Below are positions 11,520 through 22,097 of a DNA stretch of 64,000 bases, piece after piece. The DNA lies in NCBI GenBank assembly GCA_930989765.1, contig CAKNNA010000004.1, positions 4,431-68,430 of the forward strand, read 5' to 3'. How positions within the stretch are numbered: the first letter of the stretch is position 1; each line of letters begins with the position of its first letter. This stretch comes from an uncultured Clostridium sp. Its GTDB lineage: Bacteria; Bacillota; Clostridia; TANB77; CAG-508. Below the pieces are notes generated by a model, which did no database searches, was not told where the DNA came from, and was given only the letters and a program-made list of their open reading frames with translations. Position numbers and translations under genes: made by a program.

Positions 11520-12227
11520 TTAATTTGCACCGAATTTTCTTGTTCTTTTTTGATATATTTCTATAGCATTATCTAAATCTTGCTCTTCAAAATCTGGCCA
11601 ATTTTTTTCAATAAATACTAGTTCTGAATAAACAGCTTGCCAAGGCAAGAAATTACTAAGTCTTATTTCTCCACTTGTTCTTATTAGTAAGTCTGGATCT
11701 GGCTCTGATTTAGTATATAAATTGTTCGAAATTAATTCTTCTGTTATATCATCAATTCCTATTTCCTCTTCTTTTACTTTTTCTGCAATCTTTTTTACTG
11801 CTCTTACTATTTCATCTCTTCCACCATAGTTTAGAGCAATATTAAATACTATTCCAGTATTATTTTTCGTTCTTTCCATACAATTTTCTATTGAGCTTTT
11901 CATTTTTTTTGATAGACCTTCTCTGCTTCCTATTATTTTTACTTTTATATTTTCAGAGTCTGCTCTTTTACTATAATCATCTAAATAACTTTGAAATAAT
12001 GTCATTAATGCTGATACTTCTTCTTTTGTTCTTTTCCAATTTTCTGTTGAAAAAGCATAAACTGTAATGTATTTAATTCCTATTTTATTTGCATATCTTA
12101 CTATTTTTTCTAGTACTTTTGCGCCTTCTTTATGTCCAAAATTAGCTGGCATTCCTTTTGATTTTGCCCATCTTCTATTTCCATCCATAATAATTGCTAT
12201 ATGTTTAGGTAAATTTTCTTGTTTCAT
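11520..12227 (-). CDS. uppS: isoprenyl transferase (undecaprenyl-diphosphate synthase)
   Basis: HIAIIMDGNRRWA, and a C-terminal RTSGEIRLSNFLPWQ. Confidence 0.95.
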   Translation of the reverse strand: MKQENLPKHIAIIMDGNRRWAKSKGMPANFGHKEGAKVLEKIVRYANKIGIKYITVYAFSTENWKRTKEEVSALMTLFQSYLDDYSKRADSENIKVKIIGSREGLSKKMKSSIENCMERTKNNTGIVFNIALNYGGRDEIVRAVKKIAEKVKEEEIGIDDITEELISNNLYTKSEPDPDLLIRTSGEIRLSNFLPWQAVYSELVFIEKNWPDFEEQDLDNAIEIYQKRTRKFGAN

Positions 12228-12327
12228 TTTGCTCCCCTTGTTAATTTTATTTATTTTTTTATAGATTATTACTCTTGATTTTTTTCATAGTTTCTATTGC
12301 AAATTTTATAATTGTTTTTAGAAATTT

Positions 12328-13269
12328 TTATTTGTTTCTACTTGCAATATATAAAGCAAGCTGTCTTAAAAATTCTGCTTTAGATCCATATATTTTTAAG
12401 TCATCTATCGCTTGTTTTATTAATTCTTCTAATTTTTCTTTAGCAATTTCTATTCCATATTGTGATACATATGTACATTTTTTTCTTTTTTTATCATTTC
12501 CCACAGGTTTTCCAAGCTCTTTTTCATTTCCTTCTTCTGATAATATATCATCTTTTATTTGAAATGCTAAACCTATTTTTTCTGCATAACTAGTTAAATT
12601 TTCTATATCACTTTCTTCTGCTTTTGCAAGTATTGCCCCTATTCTTACACATAATTTTAATAATGCACCTGTTTTATTTTTATGAATATATTCTAAACAA
12701 TTTTTATCAATTTCTTTTCCTTCACATTCTGTATCTACATATTCACCTGCAATCATTCTATCAACTGCAAGAGTAAATTCATTAAAGACTTTTAATTTAA
12801 GTTTAAGTTCTTCTTCTTGATTTTTTATTTTTTGAATTCCTTCTACAGTTTGATTGTCATCATTTTTTTGAAATACTTTTTTTAAATCTTCTGATAAAAC
12901 AATATATGCATTATTTAATAAAGCATCTCCTGCTAAAATTGCAGTTGCTTCATTAAATTTTTTATGATTTGAAAGTTTTCCATGTCTTAAATCATCATTA
13001 TCTATACCTGGCAAATCGTCATGTATCAATGAAAAATTATGTACCATTTCTATTGCAACTGCATAAGGCATACAAAATGAATAATCTTCTTTAAATAGCT
13101 CATATGTTGCAATAATAAGTATTGGTCTTAGTCTTTTTCCTCCTGCCATTAAACTATATTCCATAGAATCATTTAATTGCTTTTCTGGAGTTTTTTCTAT
13201 CTTGCAGTATTTTACTAATTCTTCATTAACAATATTTTGATATTTTTTTAATTGTTCTTTAAATTCCAT
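12328..13269 (-). CDS. polyprenyl (farnesyl/geranylgeranyl) diphosphate synthase family protein
   Basis: First Asp-rich motif IHDDLPGIDNDDLRHGK and second motif FQIKDDILS. Confidence 0.8.
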   Translation of the reverse strand: MEFKEQLKKYQNIVNEELVKYCKIEKTPEKQLNDSMEYSLMAGGKRLRPILIIATYELFKEDYSFCMPYAVAIEMVHNFSLIHDDLPGIDNDDLRHGKLSNHKKFNEATAILAGDALLNNAYIVLSEDLKKVFQKNDDNQTVEGIQKIKNQEEELKLKLKVFNEFTLAVDRMIAGEYVDTECEGKEIDKNCLEYIHKNKTGALLKLCVRIGAILAKAEESDIENLTSYAEKIGLAFQIKDDILSEEGNEKELGKPVGNDKKRKKCTYVSQYGIEIAKEKLEELIKQAIDDLKIYGSKAEFLRQLALYIASRNK

Positions 13270-13310
13270 ATTTGCTCCTACTTTTTTAAGTTTTTTTATT
13301 TTGTTATTAA

Positions 13311-13859
13311 TTATACTGACATAATTTCTTTTTCTTTGTTTTCTAAAATATGGTCTATTTCTTCAATATTTTTATCAGTAATTTTTTGAATTTCTGTTTC
13401 TGCTTGTTTTAATTCATCTTCTGTTATATTTCCTTCTTTTTGTTCAGATTTTGCCATGTCTACTCCATCACGTCTAACTGCTCTTATAGCAACTTTAGCT
13501 TCTTCTGCCATTTTTTTGATATCTTTTACTATTTCTTTTCTTCTTTCTTCTGTTAGCTCTGGGAATGCAAGTCTTATTACTTTTCCATCATTATTAGGGT
13601 TTATTCCTATATCTGATGTAAGTATTGCTTTTTCTATTTCTTTTAATATGCTCATATCCCAAGGTTGAATTACAATTAGTCTTGCTTCTGGAACTGAAAT
13701 ACCTGCTACTTGGTTTATTGGTGTTGGTGTTCCATAATAATCAATTTTTACTTTATTAAGTATTGCAGGATTTGCTCTTCCTGCTCTTATTTCTGCTAGT
13801 TTTTCAGCATATACACTTATTGTTTTTTCCATTCTTTCTTTTATATTTGTATAATCCAT
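13311..13859 (-). CDS. frr: ribosome recycling factor
   Basis: 182 aa with [15 protein letters not shown]. Follows pyrH as usual. Confidence 0.95.
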   Translation of the reverse strand: MDYTNIKERMEKTISVYAEKLAEIRAGRANPAILNKVKIDYYGTPTPINQVAGISVPEARLIVIQPWDMSILKEIEKAILTSDIGINPNNDGKVIRLAFPELTEERRKEIVKDIKKMAEEAKVAIRAVRRDGVDMAKSEQKEGNITEDELKQAETEIQKITDKNIEEIDHILENKEKEIMSV

Positions 13860-13928
13860 AATTAATTTCCTCCTTATAAATTTTTTATTTATAAAATTAT
13901 ATTTTAATTATTCTTTATGTATTTTTAT

Positions 13929-14636
13929 TTAACTTACTATTGTTCCTATTTTTTCTCCTTTAACTGCTCTTACTATATTTTCTGGGTCTGCTATTCCAAA
14001 TACTAATAATGGAATATTATTATCTCTACACATTGCTGTTGCTGTTGAATCCATTACTTTTAAGTCTTTATTTAGTACATCTAAATAAGATATTTCTTCA
14101 AATTTTATTGCATTTGGCTCTAATTTTGGATCTGCTGAATATACTGCATCAATTGCTTTACCAAGTAAGATTATGTCTGCTTTTATTTCTGTTGCTCTTA
14201 ATACTGCTGCTGTGTCTGTTGTAAAATATGGATGACCTGTTCCACAAGCAAATATTACTACTCTTCCTCTATTTAAATGTTTTTCTGCTTTTCTTTGAAT
14301 AAATGGCTCTGCTATTTCTCTCATTTCTATTGCTGTTTGTACTCTTGAATATATTCCTCTTGCTTCTAATGCATCTTGAAGTGCTAAACCATTCATTGCA
14401 GTTGCTAGCATTCCCATATAGTCTGCTGTTGTTCTTTCCATTTCATGTCCATTTCTTCCTCTCCAAAAGTTTCCGCCACCAACTACTATTGCAACTTGTA
14501 CACCAAGGTCTACTATTTCTTTTATTTTATCACATATTTTTCCTACTGTTTCTGCATCTACTCCCGTTTTTTTAGCGCCTGCTAGTGCTTCTCCACTTAA
14601 TTTTAATAGCACTCTTTTATATTTTACTTCTGACAT
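13929..14636 (-). CDS. pyrH: UMP kinase
   Basis: [12 protein letters not shown] and [10 protein letters not shown]. The ATG at 14636 has GGAG 8 nt upstream, and the track start at 14645 is a GTG abutting the RBS. Confidence 0.95.
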   Translation of the reverse strand: MSEVKYKRVLLKLSGEALAGAKKTGVDAETVGKICDKIKEIVDLGVQVAIVVGGGNFWRGRNGHEMERTTADYMGMLATAMNGLALQDALEARGIYSRVQTAIEMREIAEPFIQRKAEKHLNRGRVVIFACGTGHPYFTTDTAAVLRATEIKADIILLGKAIDAVYSADPKLEPNAIKFEEISYLDVLNKDLKVMDSTATAMCRDNNIPLLVFGIADPENIVRAVKGEKIGTIVS

Positions 14637-14824
14637 TTTTTCCACTCCTTTTTATTTATCTTTTGCTATTCTATCATATATTTTAGAAATTGAATAGTAT
14701 TTTTTAAGATTTTCTTAATTTTTGAGTACTAAATGTTATAATTCACAGTTAATTAAAAATTATAGAAAAGCTTTAAGTGAATTCAATATGTATAATGTTA
14801 CAATTTATACGAACTTTCAATTTT

Positions 14825-14857
14825 AAAAAACTGGGGTATTAAAAAAATATACCCCAG
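14825..14857 (-). terminator. rho-independent terminator after the small ORF
   Basis: ctggggtat..ataccccag hairpin followed by a T-run on the minus strand. Confidence 0.6.
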
Positions 14858-14878
14858 TAAAATTATATTTACTAAATA

Positions 14879-15079
14879 CTATAACAACATACCAAATTTA
14901 TTTAATTCTTCCTCTCCTAATTCCATCTTAATAATTACATTTTTTTCTTCACCTTGAGATTTCATCTCTTTTGCAATTATTTTTCCGTCTACTTTCCGTA
15001 CTACTATTGTTTCCTTTTCAGTTGTTGTTACCTCATAAGCAGTATCAGTTGACACTTTCTCTAAAAATTTTCTTAACAT
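14879..15079 (-). CDS. small hypothetical protein (66 aa)
   Basis: GGAGG 7 nt upstream of the ATG and a terminator downstream. Contains an in-frame CGG at 14996-14998. Confidence 0.4.
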   Translation of the reverse strand: MLRKFLEKVSTDTAYEVTTTEKETIVVRKVDGKIIAKEMKSQGEEKNVIIKMELGEEELNKFGMLL

Positions 15080-15154
15080 AATAATACCTCCATTTAGTAT
15101 AGTAGGTAAATTATATAACTTTTCTAGGTTGTTGTCAACATAATTTCTATTATA

Positions 15155-15247
15155 ACCTGTCCCACTTTAACCATTTTTGGTCAATTGGGACCTGTCCCAG
15201 AATGACCAAAAATGGTCAATCGGGACCTGTCCCCAATTAACCATTTA
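15155..15247. repeat. 35-bp palindromic repeat family, locus A (mixed orientation), overlapping the tsf stop
   Basis: Units built from TGACCA-TTTT-TGGTCA and GGGAC-AG-GTCCC. The last tsf codons AAT GGT TAA belong to the element. Confidence 0.7.
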
Positions 15248-16118
15248 GTTGATTCATTACTTCTTCTGCAAAGTTTTCTTCTTTTTTCTCTATTCCTTCA
15301 CCTTTTTCGAATCTTGCAAATTCTACTACTTCTGCATCTTTTTGTTTTAGTAAGTCAGATATTTTAAGTGAAGAATCTTTTACAAATATTTGGTCTACTA
15401 AGCAGATTTCTTCATAGAATTTTCCAACTCTTCCTAATACTATTTTTTCTGCTATTTGTTCTGGTTTTCCTTCGTTCATTGCTTGAACTTTTAGGATTTC
15501 CATTTCTTTGTCTACTCTTTCTTGTGGTACTTCTTCTCTTCTTACATATTCTGGTCTTGCTGCTGCAATTTGCATACATAAATCTTTTGCAACTTCTTTA
15601 TCTCCTTTTGCCATATTTATTAATACTGCAATTTTTCCATCACCATGAATATATTTTTCAAGTAATCCTTTTGATTCAAATCTTTTAAATCTTCTAATAT
15701 TTAAGTTTTCTCCTATTGTTGCAATTTTTCCAATTAATGCTTCATTTACTGTTTTTCCAGATTCAAATATTGCTTCTTGTGCTAATAAATCTTCTACATC
15801 TTTTGGATTTTTTTCTACTACTTGTTTTGCAACATTTTGTACAAATGTTCTAAATTCTTCATTTTTTGCAACAAAGTCTGTTTCTGAGTTTACTTCAACT
15901 ATTGCTCCTATTTTTCCATCTTCTGAAATGTAGCATTCAACTAAACCTTCTGCTGCTACTCTTCCTGATTTTTTAGCGGCTTTAGCTATTCCTCTTTCTC
16001 TTAATAACTCTATTGCTTTTTCCATATCTCCATCTGTTTCTGTTAATACTTTTTTGCAGTCCATCATCCCTGCTCCTGTTTTTTCTCTAAGCTCTTTTAC
16101 TAAACTTGCTGTAACCAT
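15237..16118 (-). CDS. tsf: translation elongation factor Ts
   Basis: N-terminal VKELREKTGAGMMDCKKVL. 293 aa, downstream of rpsB. Confidence 0.95.
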   Translation of the reverse strand: MVTASLVKELREKTGAGMMDCKKVLTETDGDMEKAIELLRERGIAKAAKKSGRVAAEGLVECYISEDGKIGAIVEVNSETDFVAKNEEFRTFVQNVAKQVVEKNPKDVEDLLAQEAIFESGKTVNEALIGKIATIGENLNIRRFKRFESKGLLEKYIHGDGKIAVLINMAKGDKEVAKDLCMQIAAARPEYVRREEVPQERVDKEMEILKVQAMNEGKPEQIAEKIVLGRVGKFYEEICLVDQIFVKDSSLKISDLLKQKDAEVVEFARFEKGEGIEKKEENFAEEVMNQLNG

Positions 16119-16153
16119 AACTTTTCCTCCTTTATTTTTTTATCTAAATTTAA

Positions 16154-16200
16154 AGGGCAAGCATCACGTCCGAATATTTCGCACGAGCGATGCTCGCCCT
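16154..16200. terminator. GC-rich hairpin between rpsB and tsf
   Basis: agggcaagcatc pairs with gatgctcgccct (one mismatch), and T-runs flank it. Confidence 0.55.
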
Positions 16201-16254
16201 TTTTATTTATTCTTTTTTATAATTATTTACTTTTTAGTTACTTTATACTATTTA

Positions 16255-17022
16255 TTATTGTTCTTCACTATTTTGAATTAGTTCTTCCATATCTGTAGGT
16301 TCTTCTTCTACTTCTGCTATTGTTTCTGCTTCAAAGCTTTCACCTTGTTTTCCTTCTATAACTGCATTTGCCATAACATCTGCTATTAATTTTACAGCTC
16401 TTATAGCATCATCATTTCCAGGTATAGCATAATCTACTTCTTCTGGATTACAGTTTGTGTCAACTAATCCTATTACTGGTATACCCAATTTTTTAGCTTC
16501 TAATACTGCTATTCTTTCTTTTTTTGGATCTACTAAGAATATAACTCCTGGTAGTTTTTCCATTTCTTTAATTCCACCTAAGTTTCTTTCTAGTTTTTCC
16601 ATTTCTTTTTTTAGTAGTATTACTTCTTTTTTTGGTAAAACATCAAATGTTCCATCTTCTTGCATTGTTTCTAAATCTTTTAATCTTTGTACTCTAGCTC
16701 TTATTGTATCAAAGTTTGTAAGCATTCCCCCTAGCCATCTTTGATCAACATAGTACATTCCACATTTGATTGCTGCTTCTTTCATACATTCTTGAGCTTG
16801 TTTTTTTGTTCCAACAAATAGAACTGTTTTTCCTTCTTCTGCTTGTTCTTTTAAGAATGCATATGCCTCATCTAATTTTTTTGATGTCTTTTGTAAATCG
16901 ATTATATGGATTCCATTTCTAGCTTGAAATATGTATTCTGCCATTTTTGGATCCCATCTTCTTGTTTGATGTCCAAAGTGAACACCTGCTTCTAGTAATT
17001 GTTTCATTGCAACTACTGCCAT
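16255..17022 (-). CDS. rpsB: 30S ribosomal protein S2
   Basis: [22 protein letters not shown]. Confidence 0.95.
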   Translation of the reverse strand: MAVVAMKQLLEAGVHFGHQTRRWDPKMAEYIFQARNGIHIIDLQKTSKKLDEAYAFLKEQAEEGKTVLFVGTKKQAQECMKEAAIKCGMYYVDQRWLGGMLTNFDTIRARVQRLKDLETMQEDGTFDVLPKKEVILLKKEMEKLERNLGGIKEMEKLPGVIFLVDPKKERIAVLEAKKLGIPVIGLVDTNCNPEEVDYAIPGNDDAIRAVKLIADVMANAVIEGKQGESFEAETIAEVEEEPTDMEELIQNSEEQ

Positions 17023-17280
17023 TTTTTATTCCTCCCTTTTTGTTATTCTTCCATAAAGTTTTCGTTTTTCCGGACCATTTAATGGCACTACCTTCAAACT
17101 CACTTTATGTGTTTATTTACGAATAGTATTATATCAGATTTTTTTGTCTTTTGCAAGCATTTTTTTGAAATTCATATTGTTTAAATGAAGGTTTGTCAAT
17201 CTTATGTCACACTTTTTTTGAAATTCATATTGTTTGAACTGTGAATTTTAACATTATATAGCATTTTTTTATAAATCTTA

Positions 17281-18255
17281 TCATTTTCTTTTTTGCAATT
17301 TTGCAACAAAAAAACCTTCGTAATTCTCATTTGGTAATACCCTTATAGCTTTTTTCAATATTTCATCTTCTTCTACTTCAAAACCTGAAATCACATTTTT
17401 TAATTCAAAATCTATGGAAACTATCTTAACTTTAAGCTCATCAATAGCCCATTTTATAATCTGTTCATTTTCTTCTTTGTTCATTGTACAAGTAGAATAA
17501 ACTATTAATCCATCAGGTTTAACAGCTTCTACAGCGCTTTTTAGCAATTTTCTTTGCATTTTTGAAAGTTCTAATTTAGTTTTCTCACTCCAGTTTCTAT
17601 ATGTTTTCACATCATTTGCTAAAAATGTACCTTCTCCACTACAAGGCGCATCTAGTAATACTTTGTCAAAATTATTTTGATATATTTTTCCTATTATTTC
17701 TCCTCTTCTGTTTGATACTTCTACAATATCTGCACCTTGCATTTTTACATTATATTCTAATCTTTGGCACCTTATTTTATCTAATTCATTTGCAAGTATA
17801 TATCCTTTGTTTTGCATTATTGCTGCCATTTGTGTTGTTTTACCACCAGGCGCTGCTGTTAAATCTAATACTTTTTCTCCTGGCTTTGGATTTAAAATAA
17901 GTGCTGGTATCATACTTGATAAACTTTGCAAATATATATATCCTTTTTTATAAATTTCTAAATTCTGCACTTCCTTTTCTGTAGCATTTTTAATTATTAA
18001 AGCATCATTATAAAATGATACTCTTTCAAATTTTATATTTTTTTCTTTTAATTGCTTCATTAATTCTTGTATTGAATATTTTAAGTTATTTACTCTTAAT
18101 GTTACATTTCTCTTCCCATTTAAACCTGTCAAAATTTTATCAACTGTTACTGGTGTAAATAAATTATATAGGTTTTCTACAAATTTTTTAGGCAATTTTC
18201 TTTTTACTTCTAATACTGATAACATTACTATTTCCCTACTTTTCGCTTTTTTCAT
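17281..18255 (-). CDS. RsmB/RsmF-type RNA cytosine-C5 methyltransferase (NOL1/NOP2/Sun family)
   Basis: DLTAAPGGKTTQMA, DAPCSGEGT and YSTCT. The internal ATG at 18225 has the better RBS (AGGGA). Confidence 0.8.
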   Translation of the reverse strand: MKKAKSREIVMLSVLEVKRKLPKKFVENLYNLFTPVTVDKILTGLNGKRNVTLRVNNLKYSIQELMKQLKEKNIKFERVSFYNDALIIKNATEKEVQNLEIYKKGYIYLQSLSSMIPALILNPKPGEKVLDLTAAPGGKTTQMAAIMQNKGYILANELDKIRCQRLEYNVKMQGADIVEVSNRRGEIIGKIYQNNFDKVLLDAPCSGEGTFLANDVKTYRNWSEKTKLELSKMQRKLLKSAVEAVKPDGLIVYSTCTMNKEENEQIIKWAIDELKVKIVSIDFELKNVISGFEVEEDEILKKAIRVLPNENYEGFFVAKLQKRK

Positions 18256-18319
18256 TTTTAATATTTTAATTTTAAAACAACTTTTTACTAATTAAAATTT
18301 ATAATTTTTATTATATATT

Positions 18320-19486
18320 TTAAACATATGAATGCTCTACTTTTACAACCGCATAATATTTTTCATTTTGGCAATGGACCTTTTCTTCAATTTCTTTTTT
18401 TATTTTTTCTAAATCAAATTCTTTTTCTCTTGGAACAACTAAATCAAAAATTAAGTTAGTACGCCCTTTGCCATCTGTCATTCTAAAATCATGTATTGAA
18501 AATTCTTCATTCATTTCTTTTACTATTTTTTCTACTGTTTGTTTCATTTCATTTATTTCAACATCATCTACAACAATTGGATCCATATGTATTGTAGTTA
18601 TACAATTAAATTTTTCATAAATATCTTGTTCCATTTGATCTATTATATCATGTGCGTTGCAAATATCACAATCTGCTGGAACTTCTGCGTGAAATGATAT
18701 TATTTTTCTTCCTGGACCATAATCATGTACCATTAAATCATGTATTCCTTGTATCATATCATATTTTACTGCAAATTCTTCTATGGCTTTTACAAACTCA
18801 CCATCTGGCTTTTGACCAAGTAATATATCTACAGTTTCTTTCATTGCCTTAAACCCTGTATACAAAATAAATATTGAAACAATTATACTTGCATAACCAT
18901 CTATTGTTATTCCAAACTTTTTAGCAATAATTGCAGAAATTAATACTATAAAAGTTGATAAAACATCTGAAATACTATCATATGCAGAAGCTTTCATTGC
19001 ACCAGAATCTATTTTTTTTGCAATTTTATTATAAAATAAAAATAGCCATAATTTTACAATAATTGCTACAACTAATATAATTAATGTAAAATTACTTATT
19101 TCTGGAAGTACTGGATTAATTATTTTTTCAATAGATGTTTTAAACAACTCTATACCTACTAAAATAATTATAATATCAACAATAAAAGCTGTTATATACT
19201 CCATTCTTCCATGTCCCCATGGGTGATCTTTATCCACGCTTTTTTGTGAAATTTTAAAACCTATCATAGTCACCAAAGATGAGCCAACATCTGTTATATT
19301 ATTTAAAGCATCAGAAATTATTGATATTGAACTTGAAATAACACCTATTATCATTTTAAAAATTGATAATAAAATATTTACAGCTATACCAATTGCAGTA
19401 GATAATATACCATATTTACTCCTCACCTTTGGATTTTCTATATCTTCATTGTTTTTTATAAATAAATTTATTAATAAATCTGTCAT
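18320..19486 (-). CDS. cation diffusion facilitator family transporter
   Basis: Six predicted TM segments, the SDALNNITD motif and a C-terminal cytoplasmic domain. Confidence 0.85.
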   Translation of the reverse strand: MTDLLINLFIKNNEDIENPKVRSKYGILSTAIGIAVNILLSIFKMIIGVISSSISIISDALNNITDVGSSLVTMIGFKISQKSVDKDHPWGHGRMEYITAFIVDIIIILVGIELFKTSIEKIINPVLPEISNFTLIILVVAIIVKLWLFLFYNKIAKKIDSGAMKASAYDSISDVLSTFIVLISAIIAKKFGITIDGYASIIVSIFILYTGFKAMKETVDILLGQKPDGEFVKAIEEFAVKYDMIQGIHDLMVHDYGPGRKIISFHAEVPADCDICNAHDIIDQMEQDIYEKFNCITTIHMDPIVVDDVEINEMKQTVEKIVKEMNEEFSIHDFRMTDGKGRTNLIFDLVVPREKEFDLEKIKKEIEEKVHCQNEKYYAVVKVEHSYV

Positions 19487-19511
19487 CTAAATAACATCCC
19501 TTTTCTACTAA

Positions 19512-19671
19512 TTTTTTGGTCACTCTGGGACAGGTCCCGATTGACCATTTTTGGTCATTCTGGGTCAGGTCCCGATTGACCATTTTTGGTCATTCCGGGT
19601 CAGGTCCCGATTAACCATTTTTGGTCACTTTGGGACAGATCTTGATTAACCCATGTCACAATTAACCATTT
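19512..19671. repeat. 35-bp tandem repeat family, locus B (about 4.5 units)
   Basis: Units start at 19518, 19553, 19588 and 19623 (ggtcaYtctgggWcaggtcccgattRaccattttt). The array abuts the ABC-F stop codon. Confidence 0.8.
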
Positions 19672-21148
19672 AAATAATAATGGTTTTTGTTGCAATTGCA
19701 TTTACAAATGTTTTATCATGTTCCACAAATATAATTGTTGGTTTGATTTTTAATAACATTTTTTCAATTTGTTCTCTTGAAATTATATCTATGTAATTTA
19801 ATGGTTCATCCCAAATATATATGTGTGCTTTTTCTGTTATGCTTCTTGCAAGCATTATTTTTTTCTTTTGCCCTTCACTTGTATTTGAAATATCTCTTTC
19901 GAATTTTTTTGTTTGAATTCCTAATTTGTTTAGCATTGCCCTAAAAATTGCTTCTTCTATATCATATTTTTTTGCGTATTCACTTAATAGTCCTGTTACT
20001 TCTTCTGTTGTTTGTGGTACATACGAAATTTTTAAGTTATTTGCTATTGATATTTTTCCTTCGTATGGTATGTTTTGACCTGTTAATATTTTTAAAATGC
20101 TACTTTTACCGCTTCCATTTTTTCCTATTATTGCTATTCTATCATTTTTTTCTACAACAAAATTTTGAGAACTAAATAATGGTTTTTCAGAATATTTTAT
20201 TTGAAAATTATTTGCTACAATTAATGTTTTCTTATCAAAATCTTGTGGTTTCATTGTTAAATCTTCTATTATTTCTATATTTTTTAATAAAGATTCTTTT
20301 TCTTCTATTTGTTTATTTTTTCTGTTTTCTATATTTTTAGCTCTTTGCATCATTTTGGCAGATTGGTGGCCTATATAGCCTCTATCTATCTTTTCCCTTG
20401 AATTTTTAGTTTTCATTTTAGTTTTTTCTACCTTGTCAGACCATATTGTAACATTTCTTGATGCAGTCTCTAATCTACTAATATCTTTTTCTAATTTTTC
20501 ATTTTTACTTATTTCAAAATTATCTTCTTTTTCCTTTTCTTCTTTCCAAGTATTATAGTTTCCCTTTTGTATTGTTATATTTTTATTATTTATTGATAAA
20601 ATATGGTCTACAACATTATTTAATAACTCCCTATCATGTGATACTAGTATAAACCCTTTTTTAGTTTTTAAATAATTTGCAATTTCTTTTTTAGTTTCAT
20701 AATCGACATGGTTTGTTGGCTCATCTATTAAAAGGAAATTATTTTCTTTTAGAAATAAACTTATAAGCAATACTTTAACTTGCTCACCACTACTTAAAAG
20801 ACTATATTTTCTGTATAGTATTTCTGCATCTGCATTAAGAAGATTTAACTCTTTTATAATTTCCCAATCTTCTATCTGAGGTATTATATTTTTTACGAGT
20901 TCTATTGTTATTTCTTCTTTATTTTTCACTTCAAATGGAAAATAATCAATTTCTACTACTTTTTGTATTGTACCTTGATATGGGTATTCTCCTTTCAATA
21001 ATTTTAAAAATGTAGTTTTTCCTTTTCCATTTCTTCCTATTAAGCCTAATTTCCAGTTTGTATCTATATTAAGTGAAACATTTTCGAATACTTTTTCTAC
21101 ATTTCCTTCATATTCAAAACTTAAATTTTTTATTTGTATTGTTGACAT
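19670..21148 (-). CDS. ABC-F family ATPase (two ABC domains, no TM segments)
   Basis: Walker A motifs GRNGKGKTT and GKNGSGKSS, signatures LSSGEQ and TSEGQKKK, and a charged interdomain linker. Confidence 0.85.
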   Translation of the reverse strand: MSTIQIKNLSFEYEGNVEKVFENVSLNIDTNWKLGLIGRNGKGKTTFLKLLKGEYPYQGTIQKVVEIDYFPFEVKNKEEITIELVKNIIPQIEDWEIIKELNLLNADAEILYRKYSLLSSGEQVKVLLISLFLKENNFLLIDEPTNHVDYETKKEIANYLKTKKGFILVSHDRELLNNVVDHILSINNKNITIQKGNYNTWKEEKEKEDNFEISKNEKLEKDISRLETASRNVTIWSDKVEKTKMKTKNSREKIDRGYIGHQSAKMMQRAKNIENRKNKQIEEKESLLKNIEIIEDLTMKPQDFDKKTLIVANNFQIKYSEKPLFSSQNFVVEKNDRIAIIGKNGSGKSSILKILTGQNIPYEGKISIANNLKISYVPQTTEEVTGLLSEYAKKYDIEEAIFRAMLNKLGIQTKKFERDISNTSEGQKKKIMLARSITEKAHIYIWDEPLNYIDIISREQIEKMLLKIKPTIIFVEHDKTFVNAIATKTIII

Positions 21149-21212
21149 TTTTCCCCTCCTTACTAAAGTTGCATCTTAACAATAAATACTTAAGTTTATC
21201 TTACTAATCATT

Positions 21213-22094
21213 TTATTTATTAAAATTTTTTAAATCTATTTGAGTATTTACTATTTCTTTTTGATTCAAATAATTCAAAATTCCACTATCTGATGTAAAT
21301 GCAAATTTTATTTTATAGCTTATAAGCATCTGATACTTCTTTTTGAATTTTTGATTTATTTTATTTATTCCATATTTACCATCTCCAATAATTGGAATTC
21401 CTATATATGCTAAATGTGCTCTTATTTGGTGAGTTTTACCTGTTTTTATTTCTACATCTAATAATGCTGTATTATCAGCATTTCTATTTAATACTTTATA
21501 TTTTGTTATAATTTTTGTATACCCTTTCTTAGGAACATCACTAATATATACTTTTGATTTTTTATTATCTTTAAATAAATATGCAGTCAAATTTTCTTCA
21601 TTTTTTCTTGGATTTCCATATACTAATGCTAGATAATGTTTTTCTATTTGCCTGCTTTTAAATTTCTCTTGCAAAATTTCTAGTGCTTCTTTATTTTTAG
21701 CATACAAGATAAGTCCTATTGTATTTCTGTCTAATCTATGACAAGGCATTGGTTTAAACTCTTTTTCTTTATAAAGATTATGAACAATTTCAGTTAAACT
21801 ATTTTTACCTGTAACTTCAATTCCAATAGGTTTATCTATTATAATAATATTCTCGTCTTCATATAGTTTATCTAACTTAAACTTATTTTCATTTATATTA
21901 TCATTTATATATATTGTTAATTCATCACCCTTATGTACAATAACATTACAATTAACCCTTAGATTATTTACTTTAATATCTTTTTTTCTAAGGGTTTTGT
22001 AAAATGTATTAATATTTACATAAGGTAATTCTTGTAATATAACTTTATCTAGTCTTTTATTATCATATTTTTCATCTACGATTATTTTTTTCAT
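21213..22094 (-). CDS. RluA-family pseudouridine synthase
   Basis: S4-like N-terminus, catalytic HRLDRNTIGL, and KTGKTHQIRAHL. Confidence 0.85.
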   Translation of the reverse strand: MKKIIVDEKYDNKRLDKVILQELPYVNINTFYKTLRKKDIKVNNLRVNCNVIVHKGDELTIYINDNINENKFKLDKLYEDENIIIIDKPIGIEVTGKNSLTEIVHNLYKEKEFKPMPCHRLDRNTIGLILYAKNKEALEILQEKFKSRQIEKHYLALVYGNPRKNEENLTAYLFKDNKKSKVYISDVPKKGYTKIITKYKVLNRNADNTALLDVEIKTGKTHQIRAHLAYIGIPIIGDGKYGINKINQKFKKKYQMLISYKIKFAFTSDSGILNYLNQKEIVNTQIDLKNFNK

Positions 22095-22097
22095 TTT

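Noticed and set aside
11333-11530. A 65-aa track ORF bridging cdsA and uppS.
   Set aside because: It overlaps the cdsA 5' end and the uppS stop region, has a Lys/Asn-rich junk-like sequence and has no RBS.
19518-19671. The tandem 35-bp repeats could be a CRISPR array.
   Set aside because: The units are directly contiguous with no unique spacers, no cas genes are nearby, and the same unit occurs in inverted orientation at locus A. It is a REP-like tandem repeat, not CRISPR.
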